From assembly GCF_000006765.1 (NCBI RefSeq), contig NC_002516.2: a stretch of 64,000 nucleotides of DNA; one strand, given 5' to 3'. This document shows positions 9,206 to 19,301 of this stretch, one piece after another. The stretch is from Pseudomonas aeruginosa PAO1 (GTDB lineage Bacteria > Pseudomonadota > Gammaproteobacteria > Pseudomonadales > Pseudomonadaceae). The notes below the pieces were generated by a model that was not told the DNA's origin, made no database searches, and was given only the letters and a program-made list of their open reading frames with translations. Every line of letters begins with the position of its first letter. Within the stretch, counting starts at the first letter, position 1. The translations under genes and the position numbers were made by a program.

Positions 9206-9220
9206 TATGAAATTTGCATA
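9206..9220. promoter_or_regulatory. RsaL operator
   Basis: TATGAAATTTGCATA is an inverted repeat matching TATGnAAnTTnCATA. Confidence 0.85.
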
Positions 9221-9224
9221 AATT

Positions 9225-9253
9225 CTTCAGCTTCCTATTTGGAGGAAGTGAAG
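9225..9253 (+). promoter_or_regulatory. lasI 5'UTR hairpin occluding the SD sequence (ROSE-like RNA thermometer)
   Basis: CTTCA-G-CTTCCT/ATTTGG/AGGAAG-TGAAG forms an 11 bp stem with one bulged G that pairs part of GGAGG. A lasI thermometer has been described. Confidence 0.75.
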
Positions 9254-9859
9254 ATGATCGTACAAATTGGTCGGCGCGAAGAGTTCGATAAAAAACTGCT
9301 GGGCGAGATGCACAAGTTGCGTGCTCAAGTGTTCAAGGAGCGCAAAGGCTGGGACGTTAGTGTCATCGACGAGATGGAAATCGATGGTTATGACGCACTC
9401 AGTCCTTATTACATGTTGATCCAGGAAGATACTCCTGAAGCCCAGGTTTTCGGTTGCTGGCGAATTCTCGATACCACTGGCCCCTACATGCTGAAGAACA
9501 CCTTCCCGGAGCTTCTGCACGGCAAGGAAGCGCCTTGCTCGCCGCACATCTGGGAACTCAGCCGTTTCGCCATCAACTCTGGACAGAAAGGCTCGCTGGG
9601 CTTTTCCGACTGTACGCTGGAGGCGATGCGCGCGCTGGCCCGCTACAGCCTGCAGAACGACATCCAGACGCTGGTGACGGTAACCACCGTAGGCGTGGAG
9701 AAGATGATGATCCGTGCCGGCCTGGACGTATCGCGCTTCGGTCCGCACCTGAAGATCGGCATCGAGCGCGCGGTGGCCTTGCGCATCGAACTCAATGCCA
9801 AGACCCAGATCGCGCTTTACGGGGGAGTGCTGGTGGAACAGCGACTGGCGGTTTCATGA
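9254..9859 (+). CDS. lasI: Acyl-homoserine lactone synthase LasI
   Basis: MIVQIGRREEFDKKLLGEMHKLRAQVFKERKGWDV..., 201 aa from the ATG at 9254 after GGAGG. Confidence 0.99.
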   Translation: MIVQIGRREEFDKKLLGEMHKLRAQVFKERKGWDVSVIDEMEIDGYDALSPYYMLIQEDTPEAQVFGCWRILDTTGPYMLKNTFPELLHGKEAPCSPHIWELSRFAINSGQKGSLGFSDCTLEAMRALARYSLQNDIQTLVTVTTVGVEKMMIRAGLDVSRFGPHLKIGIERAVALRIELNAKTQIALYGGVLVEQRLAVS

Positions 9860-9936
9860 CGGGGACCTGTCGGCTCGCGCCGGCGCGTTCTCTGTCGGAG
9901 AGGGAGCGCCTGGCGTCGATGCCGAATCCGCTGTAA

Positions 9937-9964
9937 AGCGAGTCCGACCCGCTCCGGACTCGCT
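9937..9964 (-). terminator. Hairpin directly after the lapD-like stop codon
   Basis: AGCGAGTCCG-N8-CGGACTCGCT, a 10 bp perfect stem with a short U-run on the minus strand, between convergent lasI and lapD. Confidence 0.6.
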
Positions 9965-9965
9965 A

Positions 9966-11918
9966 TCAGGCATCCCCGGACCAGGGCGCCGGGCTGCCGA
10001 ACAGGCGTCCCATGGCGCCACGCAAACCCATTTCCCGCAGTACTTCGAGTTCACCGAGGGTTTCCACCTGTTCCGCGATCAACGGTAGATCGATGCTGTG
10101 GGTGGTGCGATAGACCGCTTCGATGAACAACCGCTTGTCGCCTTCCCGGTCGACGGCGTGCAGGTAGCAGCCGTCCAGCTTGAGGTAGGCCAGCCCCAGA
10201 TGGGTAAGGTTGCCGATCAGGCTGAAGCGGCCGCCGAAATGCTGCAGGCCGAGACCGCAGCCCAGTTCGCGCAGGACCTGGCTGAGGCGTTCCAGTTCGG
10301 CCGCGGCTGGCAGGTGCCGCTCGTCCAGTTCCAGGGTCAGCTGGCGCGCCTCCTGCGGATGCGCCTTGAGCAGGGCCAGTAGCGGGGCAAACGTCTGCGC
10401 ATTGCGGACACTGGCGGCCGACAGGCTCAGCGCCAGCGGCCGTGGATGGCGCCGCAGGTGCTCCAGGCTCTGTTCGAGCATCGCCAGGTCCATGCGCGCG
10501 GCCCAGCCGAAACGTTCTATCCAGGGCAGGAAGCGCCCGGCGGCGATGGCCGTGGCCTGCGGGTCGAGCAGACGCGCGAGGACCTTGTGGTGGAGGACGC
10601 GCTGGGTGTCCAGGCAGTCCACCACCGGCTGGAAATAGAGCAGCAGGCGGCGCTCCGTCAGGGCCTGGTCGATCCAGTCGTGCCAGTCCTGGCTATCGTT
10701 GAGCGCCGCGAGCGCGGTGCCGTCCTGGCTCGCCCAGGGCTGGGCGGGCTGGCTTTCGGCCTGGGCCAGGGCCTGGTCGGCACGGGCCAGGAGATCCGCG
10801 GGCGAGTCGCCTTCGGCGAACGCGCTGATACCGAGATAGGCGACCGGCGTGAGATCGCTGGCACCGGTGCGGGCAAGGTTCTCCAGGCCTTCGCAGAGTT
10901 CCTCGGCCAGGCGTTCGGCCTGCTCGCGGGAGCAACCGGGAGCCAGCACGGCGAACTCGCCGCCGCGGCTGCGGGCCAGCAGCCAGTCGGCGCGCCCTTG
11001 CTGGCCGCAGGAGTCGACCAGCAAGCGGGCGACCGCCTGGATCAATTCATCCGTGCGTTGCCCGCCGAGACGCTGGTTCAGCCCGTTCAGGTCGTTCAGG
11101 CGCAGCAGCAGGAGCTGCCCGGCATGCTCGTGCTCGCCGGCACCCAGCTGTTCGTTGAGGCGGGCGTCGAACAGGCGCCGGTTGGGCAGGCCGGTGAGAC
11201 TGTCCTGGTAGGCCTGGGCGCGTAGCTTGTCGCTACGCGCAGCCTCCTCGGCGAACAGCGTGCGAAGTTTCTCCACCATCTGGTTCATCGCCTGCACCAC
11301 GCGGCGCAGCTCCGGCGTGCGCGGCAGCCTGGGCAGGCTGAGGAATTCCCGCCGGCTGATGGCATGGGCCTGGCGCACCATCTGGTCGAGCGGGCGCAGT
11401 TGGCGGCGCAGCAGCCAGCCGCCAAGCAGCAGGCTCGCCGCGCCGCAGGCCAGCAACCAGTAGAGGCTGCCCAGGGCGCTGTCCCACAGGCGCGCCAGGG
11501 CGAATTGCGGATGGCTGACCACCTCGACCCGCGCCGCCTGTTCCCAGCCGCGCATGATCAGCGCGTCGCCACCCTGGGGCTGGAGATCCACCAGGCGTTC
11601 GAACCAGCCGGGCACCGTACGCTCGGCATGCGCCTGCACGCGCTCGACCAGCGGCTTGCCGCTCTTGATGTCGATCACCCGGATGCTGGCGAAGTAGCCG
11701 CTGTCGAAGATCGAGCTGACCATCAGTTGCACCATCGCCGGGTCGTCCACGTGTGGCGTCAGGGACAGGCCGAGGGCGGTGGCGGCGTCCTGGGCGTGGG
11801 AGCGCAACTGGCCGCGCAACTGCTCGCGGGAGTTCTCCACGCTGCTGACGAAGCTGCCGCTGAAGGCGACGACGAGGAACAGGCAGATGGCGAGGAACAA
11901 TTGCTTGAGCAGTGACAT
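9966..11918 (-). CDS. lapD: LapD-like c-di-GMP receptor (periplasmic domain, HAMP, degenerate GGDEF, degenerate EAL)
   Basis: MSLLKQLFLAICLF N-terminus, RGGEF in place of GGDEF, KVLAR in place of EAL, and adjacent to lapG. Confidence 0.9.
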   Translation of the reverse strand: MSLLKQLFLAICLFLVVAFSGSFVSSVENSREQLRGQLRSHAQDAATALGLSLTPHVDDPAMVQLMVSSIFDSGYFASIRVIDIKSGKPLVERVQAHAERTVPGWFERLVDLQPQGGDALIMRGWEQAARVEVVSHPQFALARLWDSALGSLYWLLACGAASLLLGGWLLRRQLRPLDQMVRQAHAISRREFLSLPRLPRTPELRRVVQAMNQMVEKLRTLFAEEAARSDKLRAQAYQDSLTGLPNRRLFDARLNEQLGAGEHEHAGQLLLLRLNDLNGLNQRLGGQRTDELIQAVARLLVDSCGQQGRADWLLARSRGGEFAVLAPGCSREQAERLAEELCEGLENLARTGASDLTPVAYLGISAFAEGDSPADLLARADQALAQAESQPAQPWASQDGTALAALNDSQDWHDWIDQALTERRLLLYFQPVVDCLDTQRVLHHKVLARLLDPQATAIAAGRFLPWIERFGWAARMDLAMLEQSLEHLRRHPRPLALSLSAASVRNAQTFAPLLALLKAHPQEARQLTLELDERHLPAAAELERLSQVLRELGCGLGLQHFGGRFSLIGNLTHLGLAYLKLDGCYLHAVDREGDKRLFIEAVYRTTHSIDLPLIAEQVETLGELEVLREMGLRGAMGRLFGSPAPWSGDA

Positions 11919-12632
11919 TCAATCCTCCTTGGGTGCGTCGAGGTCGAGGCCTTCGGCGCGCATCTTGGTCAGCAGGTCCTGCCAGCGCGACAGCTTCTTG
12001 CTGTCGCCGGTCCGGCGTCCGCCGTCGGCGCCGGGCAGCCAGAGGCCCTCGGCATTGAAGGCGTACACCGGCAACAGGTCGTCACGTTGCGAAGCGGGGC
12101 GGATCTCGCCGATCAGGTTGTCCAGCACCAGTGGGTCGGCGCCCGGGCTGGCGTACCAGGTCAGCACCATGTGCGCCTGGTTCAGGCGCAGGGCCTTGAC
12201 GTAGGTGATGCGCAGCTTGTCGCTGGCGACGCCGAGGCGACGCAGGGTCACGTACTTGGCGATGGCGTAGTCCTCGCAGTCGGCGGCGCCCTTGACCAGC
12301 GCCTCGACCGGAGTCGCCCAATAGTCTTCCTGTTGCCAGATCTCGATGTCGTCGGTGAAACGCAGCGACCGGTTGAAGAAGTCGTTGACCGCGCGCAGCT
12401 TGGCCGCTTCGTCGAGCGTGCCGCCCTGTTCGAGCAGGCGGCCCCAGTCGCCCAGGCGTGATTTCGCCGCGCCCAGCTCGCCGTAGCGCTGCTCGGCACG
12501 GCTCAGTATCGACTCCAGGTCCCACTGCGCCAGCGCCGCGCCGACTGCCAGCAGCAATGTCGCCGCCAGCGACAGCAGCCAGGGGGCGTAGGCCCTGGGG
12601 CAGGGCCGGCGGGCGCCGGGGGTTGGGGACAT
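11919..12632 (-). CDS. lapG: LapG-like periplasmic transglutaminase-like cysteine protease
   Basis: DYWATP, ADCEDYAIAKY, HMVL and LVLDNL C93-family motifs, with a signal-like N-terminus. The exact start is uncertain. Confidence 0.9.
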   Translation of the reverse strand: MSPTPGARRPCPRAYAPWLLSLAATLLLAVGAALAQWDLESILSRAEQRYGELGAAKSRLGDWGRLLEQGGTLDEAAKLRAVNDFFNRSLRFTDDIEIWQQEDYWATPVEALVKGAADCEDYAIAKYVTLRRLGVASDKLRITYVKALRLNQAHMVLTWYASPGADPLVLDNLIGEIRPASQRDDLLPVYAFNAEGLWLPGADGGRRTGDSKKLSRWQDLLTKMRAEGLDLDAPKED

Positions 12633-12709
12633 CGAGCGGGCTCCGGAAGGACTCAGCGAAGTCTACGAGAGCGCCGGGCGGCCTGCCAGCGCGGGGTGTC
12701 CGGCGAAAC

Positions 12710-12723
12710 TGACAGGATTGTCA
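12710..12723. promoter_or_regulatory. TGACA-N4-TGTCA inverted repeat upstream of mexM (CusR/CopR-box-like)
   Basis: AAACTGACAGGATTGTCATT resembles the heavy-metal response regulator box ATGACAANNTTGTCAT. Confidence 0.6.
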
Positions 12724-12812
12724 TTCAGGGGTCAGGGTGGGGTCCCGCTGCGCTGCTTATAAAGAAGAACGAAGTCGGCCGCGCGAGGCCGGCTACTGGG
12801 AAAGGTGGACAG

Positions 12813-13970
12813 ATGCAGGCGTTGCGCAGTGGTGGGGGACGGGTCCTGGTGGGCGTGCTGGCGGCGGGCCTGGTCGCCTTCGGCGGTTGGGCATGGCTCG
12901 GCGGCGACGCCGGGGCGAAGGCGGCGCCCGCGCCGGCCAGGGTCCCGGTGATCGTGGCGCGGGTGGAGCGGCGCGACGTCGAGCAACAGGTCAGCGGCAT
13001 CGGCACGGTGACTTCGTTGCACAACGTGGTGATCCGCACCCAGATCGACGGCCAGTTGACCCGCCTGCTGGTGAGCGAAGGGCAGATGGTCGAGGCGGGC
13101 GAGTTGCTGGCGACCATCGATGACCGCGCCGTCGTCGCCGCGCTGGAGCAGGCGCAGGCCTCCAGGGCGAGCAACCAGGCCCAGCTGAAATCCGCCGAGC
13201 AGGACCTGCAACGCTACCGCAGCCTGTATGCCGAGCGTGCGGTGTCACGCCAACTGCTGGACCAGCAGCAGGCGACGGTCGACCAGTTGCGCGCGACCCT
13301 GAAGGCCAACGATGCCACCATCAACGCCGAGCGGGTGCGCCTGTCCTACACCCGGATCACCTCGCCGGTATCCGGCAAGGTCGGTATCCGCAACGTCGAT
13401 GTCGGCAACCTGGTGCGGGTCGGCGACAGTCTCGGCCTGTTCAGCGTGACCCAGATCGCACCGATCTCCGTAGTCTTCTCCCTGCAACAGGAACAGTTGC
13501 TCCAGTTGCAGGCGCTGCTCGGCGGCGAGGCGGCGGTGCGCGCCTACAGCCGCGACGGCGGGAGCGCGCTGGGCGAGGGCCGGTTGCTGACCATCGACAA
13601 CCAGATCGACAGTTCCACCGGCACCATCCGCGTGCGCGCCTCCTTCGATAACCGCCAGGCCCGGCTCTGGCCCGGGCAGTTCGTCGCGGTGAGCCTGCAC
13701 ACCGGGGTCCGGCGCGACCAGTTGGTGCTGTCGAGCAAGGCGGTGCGCCGCGGCCTGGAGGGCAATTTCGTCTACCGGGTCGCCGACGACCGGGTCGAGG
13801 CGGTGCCGGTGCGGGTGCTCCAGGACATCGACGGCCTCAGTGTGGTGGAAGGCCTGGCCAGCGGTGACCAGGTGGTGGTGGACGGCCACTCGCGGCTGAT
13901 GCCCGGCGCCCTGGTCGATATCCAGGAGCCGCGCCCGAGCCTGGCCCAGGCCACGGAGCGGCGGCCGTGA
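12813..13970 (+). CDS. mexM: RND efflux membrane fusion protein MexM (MdtA-like)
   Basis: ATG at 12813, an N-terminal membrane anchor, the biotinyl-lipoyl-like IRTQIDGQL...V.EGQ.V..G.LL motif and ITSPVSGKVG. Confidence 0.9.
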   Translation: MQALRSGGGRVLVGVLAAGLVAFGGWAWLGGDAGAKAAPAPARVPVIVARVERRDVEQQVSGIGTVTSLHNVVIRTQIDGQLTRLLVSEGQMVEAGELLATIDDRAVVAALEQAQASRASNQAQLKSAEQDLQRYRSLYAERAVSRQLLDQQQATVDQLRATLKANDATINAERVRLSYTRITSPVSGKVGIRNVDVGNLVRVGDSLGLFSVTQIAPISVVFSLQQEQLLQLQALLGGEAAVRAYSRDGGSALGEGRLLTIDNQIDSSTGTIRVRASFDNRQARLWPGQFVAVSLHTGVRRDQLVLSSKAVRRGLEGNFVYRVADDRVEAVPVRVLQDIDGLSVVEGLASGDQVVVDGHSRLMPGALVDIQEPRPSLAQATERRP

Positions 13971-16900
13971 CGCCGCGCGCCGGGATTTCCGGCTGGTGCG
14001 TACGGCACCCGATCGCCACCGCGCTGCTGACCCTGGCCTCGCTGCTGCTGGGGCTGCTGGCGTTCCTCCGGCTCGGTGTGGCGCCGTTGCCGGAGGCGGA
14101 CTTCCCGACCATCCAGATCAACGCCTTGCTGCCCGGCGGTAGCCCGGAGACCATGGCCTCGTCGGTGGCCACCCCCTTGGAAGTGCAGTTCAGCGCGATT
14201 CCCGGGATCACCGAGATGACTTCCAGCAGCGCCCTGGGCACCACCACCCTGACCCTGCAGTTCAGCCTCGACAAGAGCATCGACGTCGCCGCCCAGGAGG
14301 TCCAGGCGGCGATCAACGCCGCGGCCGGGCGGCTGCCGGTGGACATGCCGAACCTGCCGACCTGGCGCAAGGTCAACCCGGCGGACAGCCCGATCATGAT
14401 CCTGCGGGTCAACTCGGAGATGATGCCGCTGATCGAACTCAGCGATTACGCCGAGACCATCCTCGCCCGCCAGCTCAGCCAGGTGAACGGCGTGGGGCAG
14501 ATCTTCGTGGTCGGCCAGCAGCGCCCGGCGATCCGCATCCAGGCCCAGCCGGAGAAGCTCGCCGCCTACCAGCTGACCCTGGCCGACCTGCGCCAGTCGT
14601 TGCAGTCGGCCAGCGTCAACCTGGCCAAGGGCGCGCTCTACGGCGAGGGGCGGGTGTCGACCCTCGCGGCCAACGACCAGTTGTTCAACGCCAGCGACTA
14701 TGACGACCTGGTGGTCGCCTACCGCCAGGGCGCGCCGGTGTTCCTCAAGGACGTGGCGCGGATCGTCTCGGCGCCCGAGGACGACTACGTGCAGGCCTGG
14801 CCGAACGGCGTGCCCGGGGTGGCGCTGGTGATCCTGCGCCAGCCTGGGGCGAACATCGTCGATACCGCCGACGCGATCCAGGCCGCGCTGCCACGCCTGC
14901 GCGAGATGCTCCCGGCGACCATCGAGGTAGACGTGCTCAACGACCGCACCCGGACCATCCGCTCGTCGTTGCACGAGGTCGAACTGACCCTGCTGCTGAC
15001 CATTGGCCTGGTGGTGCTGGTGATGGGCCTGTTCCTCCGCCAGCTGTCGGCGACCCTGATCGTCGCCACGGTGCTGGCGGTGTCCCTGAGCGCCAGCTTC
15101 GCGGCGATGTACGTGCTCGGCTTCACCCTCAACAACCTGACCCTGGTGGCGCTGATCATCGCTGTCGGCTTCATCGTCGACGACGCCATCGTGGTCGTGG
15201 AGAACATCCACCGACACCTGGAAGCGGGCGCCTCGAAGGTCGAGGCGGCGCTCAAGGGCGCGGCGGAGATCGGCTTTACCGTGATTTCCATCAGCTTCTC
15301 GCTGATCGCCGCGTTCATTCCCCTGCTGTTCATGGGCGGGATCGTCGGCCGGCTGTTCCGCGAATTCGCGGTCAGCGTGACGGTGGCGATCCTGATCTCG
15401 GTGGTCGCTTCGCTGACCCTGGCGCCGATGCTGGCTTCGCGCTTCATGCCGGCATTGCGGCATGCCGAAGCGCCGAGAAAGGGCTTCGCCGAATGGCTGA
15501 CCGGCGGCTACGAACGCGGCCTGCGCTGGGCGCTCGGGCACCAGCGGCTGATGCTGGTCGGCTTCGCCTTTACCGTGCTGGTGGCGGTGGCCGGCTACGT
15601 CGGGATTCCCAAGGGTTTCTTCCCCTTGCAGGACACCGCCTTCGTCTTCGGCACGAGCCAGGCTGCCGAGGATATCTCCTACGACGACATGGTCGCCAAG
15701 CACCGGCAACTGGCCGAGATCATCGCCAGCGACCCGGCGGTGCAGAGCTACAACCATGCGGTGGGCGTCACCGGCGGTAGCCAGAGCCTGGCCAACGGAC
15801 GTTTCTGGATCGTCCTCAAGGACCGTGGCGAGCGCGATGTCTCGGTCGGCGAGTTCATCGACCGGCTGCGCCCGCAACTGGCCAAGGTGCCGGGAATCAT
15901 GCTCTACCTGCGCGCGGCGCAGGACATCAACCTCAGTTCCGGACCCTCGCGGACCCAGTACCAGTACGCCCTGCGCAGCAGCGACAGCACCCAGCTGGCG
16001 CTCTGGGCGCAACGCCTCACCGAGCGCCTGAAGCAGGTGCCGGGGCTGATGGATGTGTCCAACGACCTGCAGGTCGGCGCCAGCGTCACCGCGCTGGACA
16101 TCGACCGGGTGGCCGCGGCGCGTTTCGGCCTCAGCGCCGAGGATGTCAGCCAGACCCTCTACGACGCCTTCGGCCAGCGCCAGGTCGGCGAGTACCAGAC
16201 CGAGGTCAACCAGTACAAGGTGGTCCTCGAACTCGATGCGCGCCAGCGCGGCCGCGCGGAAAGCCTGGACTGGTTCTACCTGCGCTCGCCGCTGAGCGGC
16301 GAGATGGTCCCGCTGTCGGCCATCGCCAAGGTCGCGGCGCCGCGCTCCGGGCCGCTGCAGATCAACCACAACGGCATGTTCCCGGCGGTCAACCTGTCCT
16401 TCAACCTGGCTGCCGGGGTGTCCCTCGGCGAGGCGGTGCAGGCGGTGCAGCGCGCCCAGGAGGAGATCGGCATGCCCTCGACCATTATCGGCGTGTTCCA
16501 GGGCGCGGCGCAGGCCTTCCAGAGCTCGCTGGCCTCGCAACCGCTGCTGATCCTCGCCGCGCTGATCGCGGTGTACATCATCCTCGGCGTGCTCTACGAG
16601 AGTTTCGTACATCCGCTGACGATCCTCTCGACCCTGCCCTCGGCGGGGATCGGCGCGGTGTTCCTGCTCTGGGCCTGGGGCCAGGACTTCTCGATCATGG
16701 CGCTGATCGGCATCGTGCTGCTGATCGGCATCGTCAAGAAGAACGGCATCCTCATGGTCGACTTCGCCATCGTCGCCCAGCGCGAGCAGGGCATGAGCGC
16801 GGAGCAGGCGATCTACCAGGCCTGCCTGACCCGTTTCCGGCCGATCATGATGACCACCCTGGCCGCGCTGCTGGGCGCGATACCCCTGATGATCGGCTTC

Positions 16901-17077
16901 GGCACCGGTTCCGAGCTGCGCCAGCCTCTGGGCATCGCGGTGGTCGGCGGGCTGCTGGTGAGCCAGGTGCTGACCCTGTTCAGCACGCCGGTGGTATACC
17001 TGGCCCTGGAGCGGCTGTTCCACCGGCGCGGGACGACGACCTCGGACGGCGGAACCGCTGGGGCGACGGCGACATGA
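13967..17077 (+). CDS. mexN: RND efflux transporter MexN (MdtB/C-like)
   Basis: 1036 aa. IVDDAIVVVENI, GIVKKNGILMVDF and RFRPIMMTT are RND motifs. Confidence 0.95.
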   Translation: MTPRAGISGWCVRHPIATALLTLASLLLGLLAFLRLGVAPLPEADFPTIQINALLPGGSPETMASSVATPLEVQFSAIPGITEMTSSSALGTTTLTLQFSLDKSIDVAAQEVQAAINAAAGRLPVDMPNLPTWRKVNPADSPIMILRVNSEMMPLIELSDYAETILARQLSQVNGVGQIFVVGQQRPAIRIQAQPEKLAAYQLTLADLRQSLQSASVNLAKGALYGEGRVSTLAANDQLFNASDYDDLVVAYRQGAPVFLKDVARIVSAPEDDYVQAWPNGVPGVALVILRQPGANIVDTADAIQAALPRLREMLPATIEVDVLNDRTRTIRSSLHEVELTLLLTIGLVVLVMGLFLRQLSATLIVATVLAVSLSASFAAMYVLGFTLNNLTLVALIIAVGFIVDDAIVVVENIHRHLEAGASKVEAALKGAAEIGFTVISISFSLIAAFIPLLFMGGIVGRLFREFAVSVTVAILISVVASLTLAPMLASRFMPALRHAEAPRKGFAEWLTGGYERGLRWALGHQRLMLVGFAFTVLVAVAGYVGIPKGFFPLQDTAFVFGTSQAAEDISYDDMVAKHRQLAEIIASDPAVQSYNHAVGVTGGSQSLANGRFWIVLKDRGERDVSVGEFIDRLRPQLAKVPGIMLYLRAAQDINLSSGPSRTQYQYALRSSDSTQLALWAQRLTERLKQVPGLMDVSNDLQVGASVTALDIDRVAAARFGLSAEDVSQTLYDAFGQRQVGEYQTEVNQYKVVLELDARQRGRAESLDWFYLRSPLSGEMVPLSAIAKVAAPRSGPLQINHNGMFPAVNLSFNLAAGVSLGEAVQAVQRAQEEIGMPSTIIGVFQGAAQAFQSSLASQPLLILAALIAVYIILGVLYESFVHPLTILSTLPSAGIGAVFLLWAWGQDFSIMALIGIVLLIGIVKKNGILMVDFAIVAQREQGMSAEQAIYQACLTRFRPIMMTTLAALLGAIPLMIGFGTGSELRQPLGIAVVGGLLVSQVLTLFSTPVVYLALERLFHRRGTTTSDGGTAGATAT

Positions 17078-17180
17078 GGCGTAACGGACGCGGCTTTCCT
17101 GGACGGCGGCGCGTGGCTAGGATGCAGGCAGGCATGCGTCCCGCCCGGGATGCGAAGGCGAACAGAGGATCGGGCGATAG

Positions 17181-17870
17181 ATGCGGGTACTGATTGTCGA
17201 GGACGAGGCGAAGACGGCGGACTACCTGAACCGTGGCCTCAGCGAACAGGGGTTCACCGTGGACCTGGCGGACAACGGCATCGACGGTCGCCACCTGGCG
17301 CTCCATGGCGAGTACGACGTGATCGTGCTCGACGTGATGCTGCCGGGCGTCGACGGCTACGGCGTTCTGCGGGCGTTGCGCGAGCGGCGGCAGACCCCGG
17401 TGATCATGCTCACCGCGCGCGAGCGCGTGGAAGACCGGGTGCGCGGGCTGCGCGAGGGCGCCGACGACTACCTGATCAAGCCGTTCTCCTTCCTCGAACT
17501 GGTCGCCCGCCTGCAGGCCCTGACCCGGCGCGGCGGCAACCACGAAAGCCATTCGCAGATGCGCATCGCCGACCTGTCCATCGACCTGCTCAGCCGCAAG
17601 GTCTTCCGTGGCAACACCCGTCTGGAGCTGACTGCCAAGGAGTACGCGCTGCTCTGCGTGCTGGCCCAGCGCAGCGGCGAGATCCTGTCGAAGACGGCGA
17701 TCGCCGAACTGGTCTGGGACATCAACTTCGATACCGACACCAATGTCGTGGAGGTGGCGATCAAGCGCCTGCGCGCCAAGCTCGACGGTCCGTTCGAGAA
17801 CAAGCTGCTGCATACCATCCGGGGCATGGGCTACGTCCTGGAGAACCGTGCGCTGGCGGAGTCGGGCTGA
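17181..17870 (+). CDS. mmnR: OmpR-family heavy-metal-type response regulator
   Basis: [18 protein letters not shown] and a winged-helix C-terminus with [13 protein letters not shown]. Confidence 0.88.
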   Translation: MRVLIVEDEAKTADYLNRGLSEQGFTVDLADNGIDGRHLALHGEYDVIVLDVMLPGVDGYGVLRALRERRQTPVIMLTARERVEDRVRGLREGADDYLIKPFSFLELVARLQALTRRGGNHESHSQMRIADLSIDLLSRKVFRGNTRLELTAKEYALLCVLAQRSGEILSKTAIAELVWDINFDTDTNVVEVAIKRLRAKLDGPFENKLLHTIRGMGYVLENRALAESG

Positions 17871-17877
17871 GGTGGGC

Positions 17878-19293
17878 ATGTCCTTGTCGACCCGCCTGGC
17901 GGGAATGTTCGCCGGCGCCGCGGTGGTGATCTTCGCCCTCATCGGCACCATGCTCTATTGCATCCTCGACCGCCAGACCGAGCGCCTGCAGCAGGGCGAG
18001 GTGGACGTGCGCTTCAACATGGTCTCGCGGATGCTCGACCATCCCGACCTGGCCGAGCGCTGGCCGCACCTGCAGGGCAAGCTGGACAACCTGAGCCAGG
18101 AGTACGAGCTGATCCGTTTCTGGATCGACAGCGACGACCCGCGCTATCACTACGGGCGCTTCAGCGAACCGGTGCAGCGGCTGATCGCCGATGGCGCCGG
18201 CCGCTACGAATTGGAGTTGCCGGAGCACCGGTACGCGCTGACTGCGCGGGTCGGCGTGTTGCCGGCGCGCGAGGGGCGGCCGCGGCTGACCTACGTCACC
18301 GCCATCGATAGCGCGGCGTTCCATGAGGCGCGGACCTCCACCCTGAAATGGCTGCTCGGCCTGTCCGCCCTCGGTGTGCTGCTGGCCTCGTTGCTTGGCC
18401 ACTGGATCGCCCGCCTGGGCCTGTGGCCGGTGCATCGGCTGTCCGAGGAGGCCCGGCGGATCAGCCCGCGGCAGTTGTCGCAGCGCTTGCAGCTCTCGCC
18501 GCTGCCGGCCGAGCTGCGCGAGCTGGTGGGAGCGTTCAACGGCGCCCTGGACCGCCTGGAGCAGGCCTACGTGCGCCTGGAGTCGTTCAATGCCGACGTC
18601 GCCCACGAGCTGCGCACGCCATTGACCAACCTGATCGGCCAGACCCAGGTGGCGTTGTCCCGCGAACGCAGCGGCGAACATTACGAAGAGGTCCTGCAAT
18701 CCAACCTGGAGGAGCTGGAGCGGCTGCGGGCGATCGTCAACGACATGCTGTTCCTCGCCCGCGCCGACCAGGGACGCCTGGCCTGCGAGCGCGAGGAAAC
18801 CTCGCTGGCCGGCGAGATCGCCACCACGGTGGATTTCCTCGAGGTGATCTTCGACGAGGCCGGGGTCGGTATCGAGGTGCGCGGCGAGGCCCGCGCGCTG
18901 GTCGAGCGCGCCCTGTTCCAGCGGGCGGTGACCAACCTGCTGTACAACGCCGCCCAGCACACCGCCGCCGGCGGCACGCTGCGGGTCGGCGTCGAGCGGC
19001 GCGGCGACGAAGTGCGGGTGGCGGTGAGCAACCCCGGCGTGCCGATCGCCGACGAGCACCGCAGGCACCTGTTCGAACGCTTCTATCGGGTCGACGCGGC
19101 GCGCAGCAACAGCGAGGCCAACCACGGCCTCGGCCTGTCCATCGTCAAGGCGGTGGCGAGCATGCACGGCGGTTCGGTGTTCGTCGACAGCGCGGACGGC
19201 TGGAACACCTTCGGCTTCACCGTGCTGAGCCCCGAGCGGCGCGGGCCCGGCGACCGCTTGCCGCTGGGCGAGGGCGATCCGGCGCTGTCCTGA
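17878..19293 (+). CDS. mmnS: Heavy-metal-type sensor histidine kinase
   Basis: Two TM segments, HAMP, H-box ADVAHELRTPL, N-box NLLYNA, FERFYR and GLGLSIV. Confidence 0.88.
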   Translation: MSLSTRLAGMFAGAAVVIFALIGTMLYCILDRQTERLQQGEVDVRFNMVSRMLDHPDLAERWPHLQGKLDNLSQEYELIRFWIDSDDPRYHYGRFSEPVQRLIADGAGRYELELPEHRYALTARVGVLPAREGRPRLTYVTAIDSAAFHEARTSTLKWLLGLSALGVLLASLLGHWIARLGLWPVHRLSEEARRISPRQLSQRLQLSPLPAELRELVGAFNGALDRLEQAYVRLESFNADVAHELRTPLTNLIGQTQVALSRERSGEHYEEVLQSNLEELERLRAIVNDMLFLARADQGRLACEREETSLAGEIATTVDFLEVIFDEAGVGIEVRGEARALVERALFQRAVTNLLYNAAQHTAAGGTLRVGVERRGDEVRVAVSNPGVPIADEHRRHLFERFYRVDAARSNSEANHGLGLSIVKAVASMHGGSVFVDSADGWNTFGFTVLSPERRGPGDRLPLGEGDPALS

Positions 19294-19301
19294 GCGGGCC
19301 A

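Noticed and set aside
13772-17023. 1083 aa antisense ORF opposite mexN
   Set aside because: Same-register antisense shadow of a highly biased gene, with His/Gln/Arg-rich non-protein-like composition.
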